Shown here: one piece after another, positions 50,213-59,799 of the stretch
Numbering within the stretch: the first letter of the stretch is position 1
Layout: the number at the start of each line of letters is the position of its first letter
Assembly (NCBI GenBank): GCA_963711565.1
Contig: CAVQEQ010000002.1
Coordinates: forward strand, 32,001-96,000
DNA: 64,000 nucleotides
Source of the DNA: an uncultured delta proteobacterium
GTDB lineage: Bacteria > Desulfobacterota > Binatia > Binatales > Binataceae
Reading direction: 5' to 3'
Position numbers and translations under genes: made by a program
Notes under the pieces: generated by a model
The model's input: the letters and a program-made list of their open reading frames with translations, nothing else
The model's database searches: none
What the model was told of the DNA's origin: nothing

Positions 50213-52318
50213 ATGAACGAGCAAGTTACCCGCCAGATCCTGTGGAACATCCCCGTGCCGTTCATCGTGCTGATGTACGGGCTGCTCGGGCTCCTGATCA
50301 TCGGCTTCATCTACGCCGGCCTCCGCTGGTACCGGCTGGTGAGTCTCGGCGTCGCCGACGATCGCCTCGATCATCCCGTCGAGCGGCTGCTGCTCTCACT
50401 GCGCGACTCGTTCGGGCAGGGCAACGTGATTCGCGAGACCTGGGGCTGGATGCATTACGCGTTCTACGTCGCCTTCGTCGGACTGTTCATCGGCACGACC
50501 ATCGTCGCGATTAACAGCGACGTGCGCGACCTGTTTAATCTCTTCGGACTCGACCTCTACTTCTACTACGGCGACTTCTACCTCTACTTCAAAGCCGCGA
50601 TGGATACCTTCTTCCTCCTGCTGATCCTCGGCGTGCTGATGGAAGGTGCGCGGCGTTCGCTGCGCAAGCCCACCGTGCTGAACGATCCGCCAGCCGACAA
50701 GATGCGCGACAATCTCGAGAACCGGCTCGGCTACTGGTTCCCGATGTCGATGATGGTGCTGGCTGCGGTCACGGGCTTGATGCTCGAAGGCGCGCGCATC
50801 AACGCGGCGCATCCGGCGTTCCACGAATGGGCATACGTTGGGCGCGTCGTGGGACGGATGGAAGGCGCGCTCGGCGCAGGCGTCACGTACCATCGATGGC
50901 TGTGGCTGGTGCACGTCCTGTTCGTGTTCGGGCTGCTGTTCTGTTTTCCGTTCACCAAGCTGCGTCATCTGATTTTCGGCCCGCTGAATCTTTTTTTCCG
51001 CAACATGGGTCCGCGCGGGAGGCTCGCGCCGATCAAGGATTTCGAGAACGCCGAGACCTTTGGCGTGTCACAGGTCGAGCAGTACACGTGGAAGCAATTG
51101 CTCGATATGGGCTCGTGCCTCGAATGTGGCCGCTGCACGATCAACTGTCCCACCGTCAACACCGGCAAGACGCTGAATCCCAAGTATCTCGTGATCGAGC
51201 AGCGCGAGCATCTGCTCGACAAGGCGCCGTTTCTGCTCGCGGCGAAGGCCAACGGCAAACCCGCCGAGGGCGCCGAAGCGCCTGCGTGGAACGGCCCCGA
51301 CATGATCACGCAGGTCGCGACCGAAGACGCGGTGTGGGGATGCACGTCGTGCGGATGGTGCGAGGAGGGCTGCCCCGTCGGCATCGAGCACATCCAGCGA
51401 ATCGTCAACATGCGGCGCTACGACGTGCTGATGGAATCGAGATTCCCGACCGAGCTGACGGGCGCGTTCAAGGGAATCGAGAACCAGGGAAATCCGTGGG
51501 GCCTCGCGCAGGAGAAGCGCGCCGAATGGGCGAATGGGCTGGAGATTCCCGAGATTGCCGAGCTCGAAGATCCGGCGGAGATCGACGTGCTGTACTGGGT
51601 CGGATGCGCCGGATCGTACGACGAGCGCAATCAGCGCGTCAGCAAGTCGTTCTCGGGCTTGATGAAACAGGCGGGCGTCAAGTTTGCGATCCTCGGACGC
51701 GAAGAAACCTGCACCGGCGACCCGGCGCGCCGCCTCGGCAATGAGTACTTGTACGCGACGGTTGCGGCGCAGAACGTCGAAACGCTGAATCGCTACAAGC
51801 CGCGGCGAATAGTCACGCAATGCCCGCATTGCTTTCACAATCTGAAGAATGAGTATCCGGACTTCGGCGGCAACTATACGGTCCTGCACGAAGCCGAGTT
51901 TATCGACGAGCTAATCCAGGCCGGGCGTCTGAAGCCGCGCGGCAAGATCGCTGAGCGCATCACCTATCACGACCCGTGTTACATGGCGCGCCACAATCGC
52001 AAATGGGACAGCGCTCGCAGCGCGCTCGGCGCGATTCCCGGCGCCGAACTGGAGGAGGTCGAGCAGTCGAAGAATCGCACGTTCTGCTGCGGCGCAGGCG
52101 GCGGATGCTTCTGGAAAGAAGAGCACGAGGGTACGCGCATCAATCAGAAGCGCTTCGATCAATTGCAGGAAGCGAAGCCCAAGTGCATCGCGGTAGGATG
52201 CCCGTTCTGCATGACGATGCTCGAAGACGCGGTGAAGTCGCGCTCGCTCGAAGAAACAATGCGCGTCCGCGACCTCGCGGAACTGGTAGCAGAATCCACC
52301 GGCGCTAACACGAAGTGA
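50213..52318 (+). CDS. Membrane-bound Fe-S oxidoreductase (FadF/HdrD-like; TM + 2x[4Fe-4S] + CCG domains)
   Basis: CLECGRCTINCP, CTSCGWCEEGCP, YHDPC, FCCGAGGG, CPFC. Confidence 0.9.
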   Translation: MNEQVTRQILWNIPVPFIVLMYGLLGLLIIGFIYAGLRWYRLVSLGVADDRLDHPVERLLLSLRDSFGQGNVIRETWGWMHYAFYVAFVGLFIGTTIVAINSDVRDLFNLFGLDLYFYYGDFYLYFKAAMDTFFLLLILGVLMEGARRSLRKPTVLNDPPADKMRDNLENRLGYWFPMSMMVLAAVTGLMLEGARINAAHPAFHEWAYVGRVVGRMEGALGAGVTYHRWLWLVHVLFVFGLLFCFPFTKLRHLIFGPLNLFFRNMGPRGRLAPIKDFENAETFGVSQVEQYTWKQLLDMGSCLECGRCTINCPTVNTGKTLNPKYLVIEQREHLLDKAPFLLAAKANGKPAEGAEAPAWNGPDMITQVATEDAVWGCTSCGWCEEGCPVGIEHIQRIVNMRRYDVLMESRFPTELTGAFKGIENQGNPWGLAQEKRAEWANGLEIPEIAELEDPAEIDVLYWVGCAGSYDERNQRVSKSFSGLMKQAGVKFAILGREETCTGDPARRLGNEYLYATVAAQNVETLNRYKPRRIVTQCPHCFHNLKNEYPDFGGNYTVLHEAEFIDELIQAGRLKPRGKIAERITYHDPCYMARHNRKWDSARSALGAIPGAELEEVEQSKNRTFCCGAGGGCFWKEEHEGTRINQKRFDQLQEAKPKCIAVGCPFCMTMLEDAVKSRSLEETMRVRDLAELVAESTGANTK

Positions 52319-52365
52319 TCAAGACGTGATATGATGATGTCGTACGATACGTGCAAGACAGAGCA

Positions 52366-52536
52366 ATGAAACTGACTCGAGTGTTCAAAAGAGTGCGAGG
52401 CGGATACATCGGGTTCGTCGAAGAACTTCCTGGAGCAAATACGCAAGGTCGTACGTTGAGTGAGACACGGGCAAATCTGAAGGAAGCGATCGCGCTGGTG
52501 TTAGAAACGAATCGCACTTTAGCCAAAGAATCGTGA
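52366..52536 (+). CDS. HicB-family antitoxin (short, orphan)
   Basis: GYIGFVEELPGANTQGRTLSETRANLKEAI; no adjacent HicA seen. Confidence 0.75.
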   Translation: MKLTRVFKRVRGGYIGFVEELPGANTQGRTLSETRANLKEAIALVLETNRTLAKES

Positions 52537-53378
52537 GCACACTTTCCTCAACTAACGACACGACGCCCGCGCTGCATCCGATGAATCATGGATTCACGTG
52601 GACGCCGGTGCGGGGACCGTTTCGTCTGATCAGGGACGAGCAGGCGCGGTCGTTCAACGAGCGGGGGTTTTTCGTACTCGAAAATGCGATCGATGCCGAG
52701 ACCGTCGCGCGCGTCATCGACGCGATTGCGCCCTTCGAGGCTAAGGCTGAAGAGTTCCTGCGCTCGCTCCCCGACGGCAGGATGGGAATCGCCAAGGCGG
52801 ACGGGATCACGTTCACCGTGCATCTGGTCAAGCTGTCCAAGGTGTTGCGCGAATTCTCGGCCAGCCGCGTGTTCCAGGACCTCTGTCACGATCTGATCGG
52901 TCTCGACGTACGCCTTTACTGGGACCAGGCCGTGTACAAAAAGCCCGAATATCCGAAGCCGTTCCCGTGGCATCAGGACAACGGCTACACCTACATCGAG
53001 CCGCAGGCGTACCTGACCTGCTGGGTCGCGCTCAACGACGCGACCCTTGACAACGGTTGTCCGTGGGTGATTCCGGGCGGGCATCTGCGCGGGACGCTGG
53101 CGCATCGTGCGTCGAAGCTCGGCTACGTGTGTCGCGAGGAGGACGGTCCCGAGGCGCTTGCAGTGCCGGTTCGTGCGGGCAGCGTCGTCGTGTTCTCCTC
53201 GCTGATGCCGCATCGCACCGGCCCCAACGTCACCAGCGGCGTGCGCAAGTCGTACATCCTGCAGTACGCGCCCGACGGCGCACGAATCGTGCAGACCGAC
53301 ACTGCCTGCGACGCGCCGGATCGCCAGTTCCTGATTCTGAAAAACGGCGCGCCAGTCTCGCCGCCGCCGCTTCAGTAG
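52533..53378 (+). CDS. Phytanoyl-CoA dioxygenase (PhyH) family
   Basis: WHQDNGY, CWVAL.DAT..NGC, PHRTGPN. Confidence 0.9.
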   Translation: MSTLSSTNDTTPALHPMNHGFTWTPVRGPFRLIRDEQARSFNERGFFVLENAIDAETVARVIDAIAPFEAKAEEFLRSLPDGRMGIAKADGITFTVHLVKLSKVLREFSASRVFQDLCHDLIGLDVRLYWDQAVYKKPEYPKPFPWHQDNGYTYIEPQAYLTCWVALNDATLDNGCPWVIPGGHLRGTLAHRASKLGYVCREEDGPEALAVPVRAGSVVVFSSLMPHRTGPNVTSGVRKSYILQYAPDGARIVQTDTACDAPDRQFLILKNGAPVSPPPLQ

Positions 53379-53381
53379 CGG

Positions 53382-54345
53382 CTACTTCTTCATATCGGAA
53401 AGAAAATCGAGGATCGCCGCGTTCACTTCGGCCGGCTTCTCCTGCTGCGTCCAATGACCGGAACCCTTGACCAGCACGGTCTTGCGCAGGTTCGGCACCC
53501 AGGTCTTCATCCCTTCGGCCATCTCGGGCCGCAGCACAACGTCGCGCTCGGCGGTGATCATCAGCGCGGGCTGCTCGATGCGATCGGTCTGGCCAGGCGC
53601 TCTCCTCCCAGCTCCGATCGATGCATCGATACCAGTTCAGGCCGCCCCGAAAGCCGCTCTTCTTGAACGCGCGCACGAAGACGTCGAAGTCCGCGTCGGT
53701 GAGAAACTTCCCATGCGGACGATCGGCGAATCGATCGAGCAGGCCGCCGCCGGCCGGTCCGAAGACTCCCGGTACTGACTTGCGAATCTCGCTCGGATCG
53801 ATTTCCGGCGGGTCCTGGTAGAAGCCGCGCAGCGAGCGGGCAACGTCGCGTTCGAGTTCCACCTCCGCAACGCCGGGCGTTTGAAAATAGAGAATGTAGT
53901 GGAAGCCGCCCGCCGCCATCGCGCGCATCGCATCGGTGGGCTTTACCGGCGAGCGTGGGATGAAAGGCGTGTTGATGCCGATCACGCGCTCGACGCTGTC
54001 GCGGGCCATCAGCGCGGTATTCCACGCGACCATGCCGCCCCAATCGTGACCGACGATCACGCACTTGCCGATTCCCAGCGCGTCGAGCATGCCGACGATG
54101 TCGGCGACCAGCTTGCGCTGGGTGTACGCGTCGATCGCCGCTGGCGCCTCGGTCTCGCCGTAGCCGCGCTGGTCGGGCGCGATCGCGCGAAAGCCGGCCT
54201 CGGCCATCGCCTTCATCTGATGGCGCCACGAGTACCACATCTCGGGAAAGCCGTGGCAGAACACCACCGGAAAGCCCTCGCCCGTCTCCGCCACGTGCAT
54301 GTTGATGCCGTTGGTGCGGACGAAGGCGTGCTTGATTTCACTCAT
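53382..54345 (-). CDS. Epoxide hydrolase (alpha/beta fold), frameshifted near 53595
   Basis: HGFPE, PDQRGYG, GHDWG, GGLNWYR. The alternative frame supplies IEQPALMITAERD...GHWTQQEKP..VN, ending TAG at 53382. Confidence 0.88.
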
Positions 54346-54547
54346 TGCGTGAACCTCGAAATTCTTGTGGCAGCATCGGGACGACTTATGCTCTCGGCTT
54401 CAATACAGTGAAACGCTCGCCAGTTCCTGATTTTGAGAACCAGTAAGCGCGTTTCGCCACCGCCGCTGGAATAACAGCAATTCCGCGAACGCCGCCCTAT
54501 GCTTTCCCTCTCGACAACATGACGCTCGTTTGCGTGAACGAGTCCGA

Positions 54548-55090
54548 TCAACATGGAGGAACACCCGATGAGCCGTTCCGACCGCCCGACATTGCGGGTG
54601 AGGTCAACGCGAAACTCTGGGCCAATCCCAGGAATTCCTCGCGAAGAACCTTGGCTGGCTCGAACGCGCCAGCTAGATGCGAGAGTTGGTCTTGAAGCGT
54701 AACCGCCGGTCCGAGCGCGTCGGCGAGTTCGCTCAAATGTTCGGCGAACGACGCGCAAAGCCGTTTGAGTTTCTCATCGAGAGCCTCCAGCGGAGCAAAC
54801 TGGTTCGGGACCGGACGAAGGCGTTCCTGGAAGTTGTGCATTGACTCTAGCACTCTGGCGAGGTCGCTGACCTGCATCGCGAACTTGCGTAACTCGGCAA
54901 ACACGTTTGCCAGCTTGCCGAGCCGCTGCATCGGTTCGCGAAAAGACGCGATACGAGCGAGCTGCGCTTGCAAGGGCTCGATTTGGTCAAAAACTGCCGA
55001 TACCGCCGGTCTGGCCTGAAACGCGTTGGAATCTTCCCGCTCGTTTGAAGGCGGCCCGTATAGGTCGGCTTTGATATCAAACAGTATCAT
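54548..55090 (-). CDS. Hypothetical helical-repeat protein, paralog 1
   Basis: Clear similarity to 55395..55856 and 56166..56510 (AVSAVFDQIEPLQAQLA...FEPAKVLREEF). Confidence 0.7.
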   Translation of the reverse strand: MILFDIKADLYGPPSNEREDSNAFQARPAVSAVFDQIEPLQAQLARIASFREPMQRLGKLANVFAELRKFAMQVSDLARVLESMHNFQERLRPVPNQFAPLEALDEKLKRLCASFAEHLSELADALGPAVTLQDQLSHLAGAFEPAKVLREEFLGLAQSFALTSPAMSGGRNGSSGVPPC

Positions 55091-55394
55091 CGTGCCTTCC
55101 CTGGTGCTTTTCCCACAATCGCACACTCGCGCGGCACTTCGCGCCAGGAAAAATATGCGGACCGGCGTTCACTTGGCGACAGCGGATGCCGCCGATTCAA
55201 CATCGTCTTAATCGAGGAAGGATGGCAGATTGCCCCAGCATGCCGCGAACGCGCGCGTGCTGCAATGATTCCCGTTTCCCTAGTTTCGCCGGCGTCTCGC
55301 TACGTATCCATTCGGCCTTTTCGCCTGTTGCCGGCATCTCCGGTTCGATTCTCTGGCAGGGGACCACTGACTTACGGGACCGCCTGCTTCGATC

Positions 55395-55856
55395 TTACTG
55401 GGGCAGGTCCGTCGGGCTGCGCTCGAAAATTTGAGCCAGCGCAGAGAATTCCTCGCGAAGAGCCTTGGCCGGCTCAAATTCAGTACACAGATGGGCGAGT
55501 CGATCCTGAAGAGCTGCAGCGGGCTCGAGAGCCGCGGCGAGTTGGCACAGACTTTCGCGGAACGACAAGCAGAGCTGGCTGAGTTCCTGGTCGAGCGTTT
55601 CCAGCGGTGAGAATTGCTTCAACACCTGCTGAAGTTGGTGCTGGAAGGTGTGCATCGGCGCGAGCACTTTAGCCAGGTCCCTGATCCGTTCCTCGAACTC
55701 GCGCAGAGGTTCGAACACGCTTGCAAGCTCAGAGAGCTGCTGTATCGGTTCGAGGATAACTACGATCTGCGCCAACTGCTCCTGGAGCGGTCCGATCTGA
55801 TCGAAGATCGTCGATACCGCCAGACCGGGCTCAAATGAAGTCCGCTGAGTTGCCAT
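55395..55856 (-). CDS. Hypothetical helical-repeat protein, paralog 2
   Basis: AVSTIFDQIGPLQEQLAQI...FEPAKALREEF. Confidence 0.75.
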   Translation of the reverse strand: MATQRTSFEPGLAVSTIFDQIGPLQEQLAQIVVILEPIQQLSELASVFEPLREFEERIRDLAKVLAPMHTFQHQLQQVLKQFSPLETLDQELSQLCLSFRESLCQLAAALEPAAALQDRLAHLCTEFEPAKALREEFSALAQIFERSPTDLPQ

Positions 55857-56165
55857 CTTAATCCGTCCCTGGCTTTTTTGGTGGCTAATCGTTGCAGTCG
55901 AAACTGCAGCGCGCCTTGAGACTAATTGTGGAAGACATAGAGTTCCTATCGTTTTAAGTGCCTACTGAAGTATAAAAATGCGTCAAATAGGCAACACAAA
56001 GTAGCTTTAGCGATCTTGCCAGCATCGTATAATACATCCATCTCTCGCAAGCCGCAGTGTCGCGACAATCCACAGGGGCCAAGTTGCTATTGCTGTGCCC
56101 TGACGCCAAGGTACGAACCAATCGACGGTCAATAAAAGTGGCTGTGGTTGGGAGGATAGACTCGA

Positions 56166-56510
56166 ATGGCAGATCAGCAGATTTCGTTTCACCCCACGCT
56201 CGCGGTAGAGGCGGTGTTTGAGCAGGTAAAGCCGCTTCAAGATCAACTCGCTCAGATAGCGTCGATTCTGGGACCCATAGGACAGCTTTCGGAGCTTGGG
56301 AGTGTGTTTGAACCGCTGCGCCAGTTTGGGGCGGAAATCAGGGATTTAGCCAAACTGCTTGAACCGATGCGCAGTTTCCAAGACCAGCTCCGACAGGTTC
56401 TGAATCAATTCGGCCCCCTGCAAGCTCTGGATCAGGAACTCGATCAACTTTCTGAAGGGTTCTGCCAAAGCCTAAGCCAGCTTGCCGCTGCGCTCGAGCC
56501 GGCAAAGTGA
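56166..56510 (+). CDS. Hypothetical helical-repeat protein, paralog 3 (C-terminally shorter)
   Basis: GGAGGA RBS; AVEAVFEQVKPLQDQLAQI...LAAALEPAK*. Confidence 0.7.
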   Translation: MADQQISFHPTLAVEAVFEQVKPLQDQLAQIASILGPIGQLSELGSVFEPLRQFGAEIRDLAKLLEPMRSFQDQLRQVLNQFGPLQALDQELDQLSEGFCQSLSQLAAALEPAK

Positions 56511-56902
56511 GTGCTGCTTCGGTAAGCGCAGGTGCGAGCATACCAGGCGGAACCACAGGAACAGTCAGAGAGATGCTATCGAAGGGCTTAACCAGTGTTC
56601 CACCCGAACAAACGTTTCAGAAGATTGTTGCGGGGCAGCTCAAGTTCGGGATTTGGGGAACTGTCACCTATACTGACGTTCTGAAGGAGAAACATCAGGA
56701 GAACTTTGAGTACTTTTGGGATCGCAACTTTCCGAACGCTTGCCTGTTCACCGTAGTTGCGCACACCCAGTGAATAGAGTCCGACCCCACAATCTCGATA
56801 CCACCGGTACCGATAGACCTGGCTTCTGAAAAACGGCGAACGCGTCTCGCCACCGCCGCAACAGTGATAATCGATGGCGCGCGGGCGCTAAGAAAACCGC
56901 AA

Positions 56903-56932
56903 TTGACACGTCCGCGGACGCTGCCCTATGCT
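56903..56932 (+). promoter_or_regulatory. Sigma-70 promoter of the ferritin-like gene
   Basis: TTGACA-N18-TATGCT, followed by a GGAGG RBS before ATG 56999. Confidence 0.65.
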
Positions 56933-56998
56933 TTGGGTTTCAGGAGACTGAACGCTCGTTTAATGAGAACGGGTTCAAACCAATGTGGAGGAACACCG

Positions 56999-57646
56999 AT
57001 GAGCCGCGATTTTGAATTCCAACAACTGCTGCGAGCCTATCGCAAAGGAATAATTTCGCAGTCAACGTTTGAGTCCGAGATGGCGTCGCTCGAAGCCGCT
57101 GCGCCCACCACCAACGGCAACGGCAATGGCGGCGCCGGCTTCAAGGCGTTCGGCCGCACTTACAAATCCGAGCGCGCGGCAGTGGTCAGTTTTCTCGACA
57201 AGGTTCGCGTGGGCGAGGCCAATGGCGGCGAAGCGTTCGCGGCGTGGGCCGAAGTCTGCACCACCGATTGCATCCGCACCGGCATTCGCATCGTCGCCGA
57301 GCGCGAGGCCTATCATTCGCGAGTCTTCGCGCAGCGGCTGGCGGAACTCGGCGGTGAGGCGCGCGCGATGACGTCCGAAGCCGGGCGCAAGGCAACCGCC
57401 TATCTAGGCAACCCATCGATTCCCGACAACGAAAAGCTGCTCGATTTCACCAAGCGCGTCGGCAAGCCCGAAGATGCGATCAAACCCATCTGCGAGTTCG
57501 CCGCACTGCTGAAGGAAGATCTCTCGACCAAGGAAGCGTTGCGGCTGTTCGCCGAAGACGAGCTCTCGACGGCGAAATGGATCTGGGATTCATGCGCCGC
57601 GCTTAACGCGCCCAGGCGGGATGCGTCAGCGTCAGCATCGATGTAG
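56999..57646 (+). CDS. Hypothetical ferritin-like protein with short N-terminal SHOCT-like helix pair
   Basis: LLRAYRKGIISQSTFE; helical domain with GE, EREAYH and EDE motifs. Confidence 0.65.
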   Translation: MSRDFEFQQLLRAYRKGIISQSTFESEMASLEAAAPTTNGNGNGGAGFKAFGRTYKSERAAVVSFLDKVRVGEANGGEAFAAWAEVCTTDCIRTGIRIVAEREAYHSRVFAQRLAELGGEARAMTSEAGRKATAYLGNPSIPDNEKLLDFTKRVGKPEDAIKPICEFAALLKEDLSTKEALRLFAEDELSTAKWIWDSCAALNAPRRDASASASM

Positions 57647-57670
57647 TTATTCCGATCGGATTGAAGCTAC

Positions 57671-57702
57671 GAGCGGGGCCCCAACGGACCCCGCTCTTTT
57701 TT
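57671..57702 (+). terminator. Rho-independent terminator
   Basis: GAGCGGGG..CCCCGCTC hairpin followed by T6, between convergent genes. Confidence 0.8.
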
Positions 57703-57721
57703 ATCTTCAGATTTGTGCGAC

Positions 57722-58543
57722 TCAATGCGCCGCCGGCGCCGCGCCTGCGGCTGGTGCGCCCGCAGCCGGCGCCATCTTCATCGCCCCCGGCTTCATCATC
57801 ATTCCGCCCGGTCCCGGCAGATCTCGCTTGGTGTAGTCCGACGGCACCGTGAAATCGGCGTCTGCCAGCTTCTTCGATTCGATCTTCTCGACCACCGTGC
57901 TGGTCATCACCGGCGGACGTTTCGCCATCATCTCGTTGATCTTTTCCGCCTGATCCGGCGCCATCCCCGGGATGTTGACCTTGCCCATCTTCATCGTCGA
58001 GTTCAGCGCGAGCGGCACTCCGCGCGGAATCTCGCCATGAGCCGTAGTGGTGCCCGTGCTCTTGAGCTTGTCCGCCATATTTTTCTCGAACGCCGCGAAC
58101 TCCTCGGCGCCGGGTGCGGTGGTCGAGAAACATTCCTTGATCGTGTAGTCGCCCGCCATCATGTGGCCGCCACCGTCGTAGTCGCTGCACTTGTAGCCGG
58201 CGACGTCGCGCGTGCTGCCTGCCTTTTTGAAGTTCATCGCCGCATTAGTGCTCGCGGCCATCATCGCCGCCATCTGCCCCTGCGGCGGGAACTCGATCTC
58301 GAAGTAAGTCTTCGCCTTCGGATCGAGCACGTACATTTTGCCGTTGTCGAGGTCGGTTATGATCGTGTGACGTTCGGTCACCATCTTCTGCTTGTTGCCC
58401 TGCACCGAAATCGTTTGTTCGGAGTCGCGAGCGTTGGTGCCGCTGGTCACGTGCTGCTTCTGCGTTATGACGACCCCGGCGGCCGCGGGCAGCGCGGTCA
58501 TTGCGAGCGTCATCCCCGCAACCAGGGCGGTTAATTTCCTCAT
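57722..58543 (-). CDS. Secreted DUF4412-like protein
   Basis: Signal peptide; IITDLD.GKMYVLDP..KTY, VAGYKC, FTVPSDY. Confidence 0.75.
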   Translation of the reverse strand: MRKLTALVAGMTLAMTALPAAAGVVITQKQHVTSGTNARDSEQTISVQGNKQKMVTERHTIITDLDNGKMYVLDPKAKTYFEIEFPPQGQMAAMMAASTNAAMNFKKAGSTRDVAGYKCSDYDGGGHMMAGDYTIKECFSTTAPGAEEFAAFEKNMADKLKSTGTTTAHGEIPRGVPLALNSTMKMGKVNIPGMAPDQAEKINEMMAKRPPVMTSTVVEKIESKKLADADFTVPSDYTKRDLPGPGGMMMKPGAMKMAPAAGAPAAGAAPAAH

Positions 58544-59592
58544 AGCGATTGCTCTCCTTGTGCTCGTTGCATTTTCATCACAGCGTCGCGTCCGGCCGGC
58601 GCGGCACCCTTAACATCACTCCGCTGCCGCACGATCATCCGATGGATCATCAGGGCCAGCAGTCCGAACAACACCCATACCATTTCCTTGATGCGGCGCA
58701 GAAACCCCACGACGAAGCCGATTCCCGGCGGATAACCCAGCATCCCGAGGATCAGCGCCTTGCCACCCTCCTGGCTCACCAGCTTGGCTGGGATCAGGAA
58801 GGTCGCGCGTTCGATCAGCAGCCCGACCGACTCGACCAGCAGCGCGGTTTGTAAGGTCGCCGGCTGATGCAACAGCCGCAGCAGGATATAAATTTCGAGC
58901 GGGCCGAGACTCCACGCGAACGCGTAACAGAGGCACGACAACACGAACCGGCCGCGGTTGCGCGCGTAGAAGTCGAGCAGCACCGCGTCGGCCTCGTCGG
59001 CTGAGTCGCGGATTTCGTCGGTGTTGACGCGCGCGATATCGAGCCTGGTCGCGGCACGCCACAGATGCGAGAACGGCCGCTTCATCTGCACGAAAAAGAA
59101 CCCGCCAGCCAGCGCAACCGCCAGCGCGAACCCGCCCACGATCGCCCAGTACAGGTCGGCAGCTACCGGTATCATGCGCAGCGAAATTACCAGCGCGATC
59201 GACATAAACACGATTTGTCCGATCGCTTCCGCCAGCGACGCGACCACCACCGTCGCCAGCCCAACGGGCATCCGCAGTTTCTCGCGCACGTCCACCGCCA
59301 TCACGAACTGCCCGCCGAGCTGCGCCGACGGCGTCACATAATCGACCGCCTCGCCGCCGATTCGCGCCGCAAACAGCTCGACAAACTTTAGCGTGGGCGG
59401 ATAGTCCTCAATCGTGACCCGCCAGCCGAACGTATTCGCGATTCGGGCAATCGACTCCAGCGAAATCGTCAGCACCAGCCCCCATCCGGCAATCCGTACG
59501 TAGCCAAGCACCTGCCGCGGACCATAATGAGTCAGGAACCAGGCGTAGAACGCGATCGCTATTAGTATGAAAATTGTCTCGACGCGGCGCAT
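58540..59592 (-). CDS. Lysylphosphatidylglycerol synthase TM (flippase-like) membrane protein
   Basis: Multi-TM; GEAVDYVTPSAQLGG, P..L..QEGG. Confidence 0.75.
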   Translation of the reverse strand: MRRVETIFILIAIAFYAWFLTHYGPRQVLGYVRIAGWGLVLTISLESIARIANTFGWRVTIEDYPPTLKFVELFAARIGGEAVDYVTPSAQLGGQFVMAVDVREKLRMPVGLATVVVASLAEAIGQIVFMSIALVISLRMIPVAADLYWAIVGGFALAVALAGGFFFVQMKRPFSHLWRAATRLDIARVNTDEIRDSADEADAVLLDFYARNRGRFVLSCLCYAFAWSLGPLEIYILLRLLHQPATLQTALLVESVGLLIERATFLIPAKLVSQEGGKALILGMLGYPPGIGFVVGFLRRIKEMVWVLFGLLALMIHRMIVRQRSDVKGAAPAGRDAVMKMQRAQGEQSL

Positions 59593-59711
59593 CGGCAGGT
59601 AGGGGCCGCCAATAGGGCCGGGCGGCAACCGATGCATTGTTTCAGTCGCGCCCCACCTGCGCAACCCGAAATGCGCGAGTTATCCGCCGGTCTTACGGCG
59701 CAGGAAACCCT

Positions 59712-59770
59712 ACACTGCGTGCAGGGGTCACCCCTGCCCAGGGAAGTGTGAAACCCACGGTGGGTTTCAC
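59712..59770 (-). repeat. Dispersed two-hairpin intergenic repeat, copy 3 (inverted)
   Basis: GTGCAGGGGTCACCCCTGCCCAGGGAAGTGTGAAACCCACGGTGGGTTTCAC. Confidence 0.88.
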
Positions 59771-59799
59771 GTTAAATTAAGTAGTCCCATCCTCTCTAA

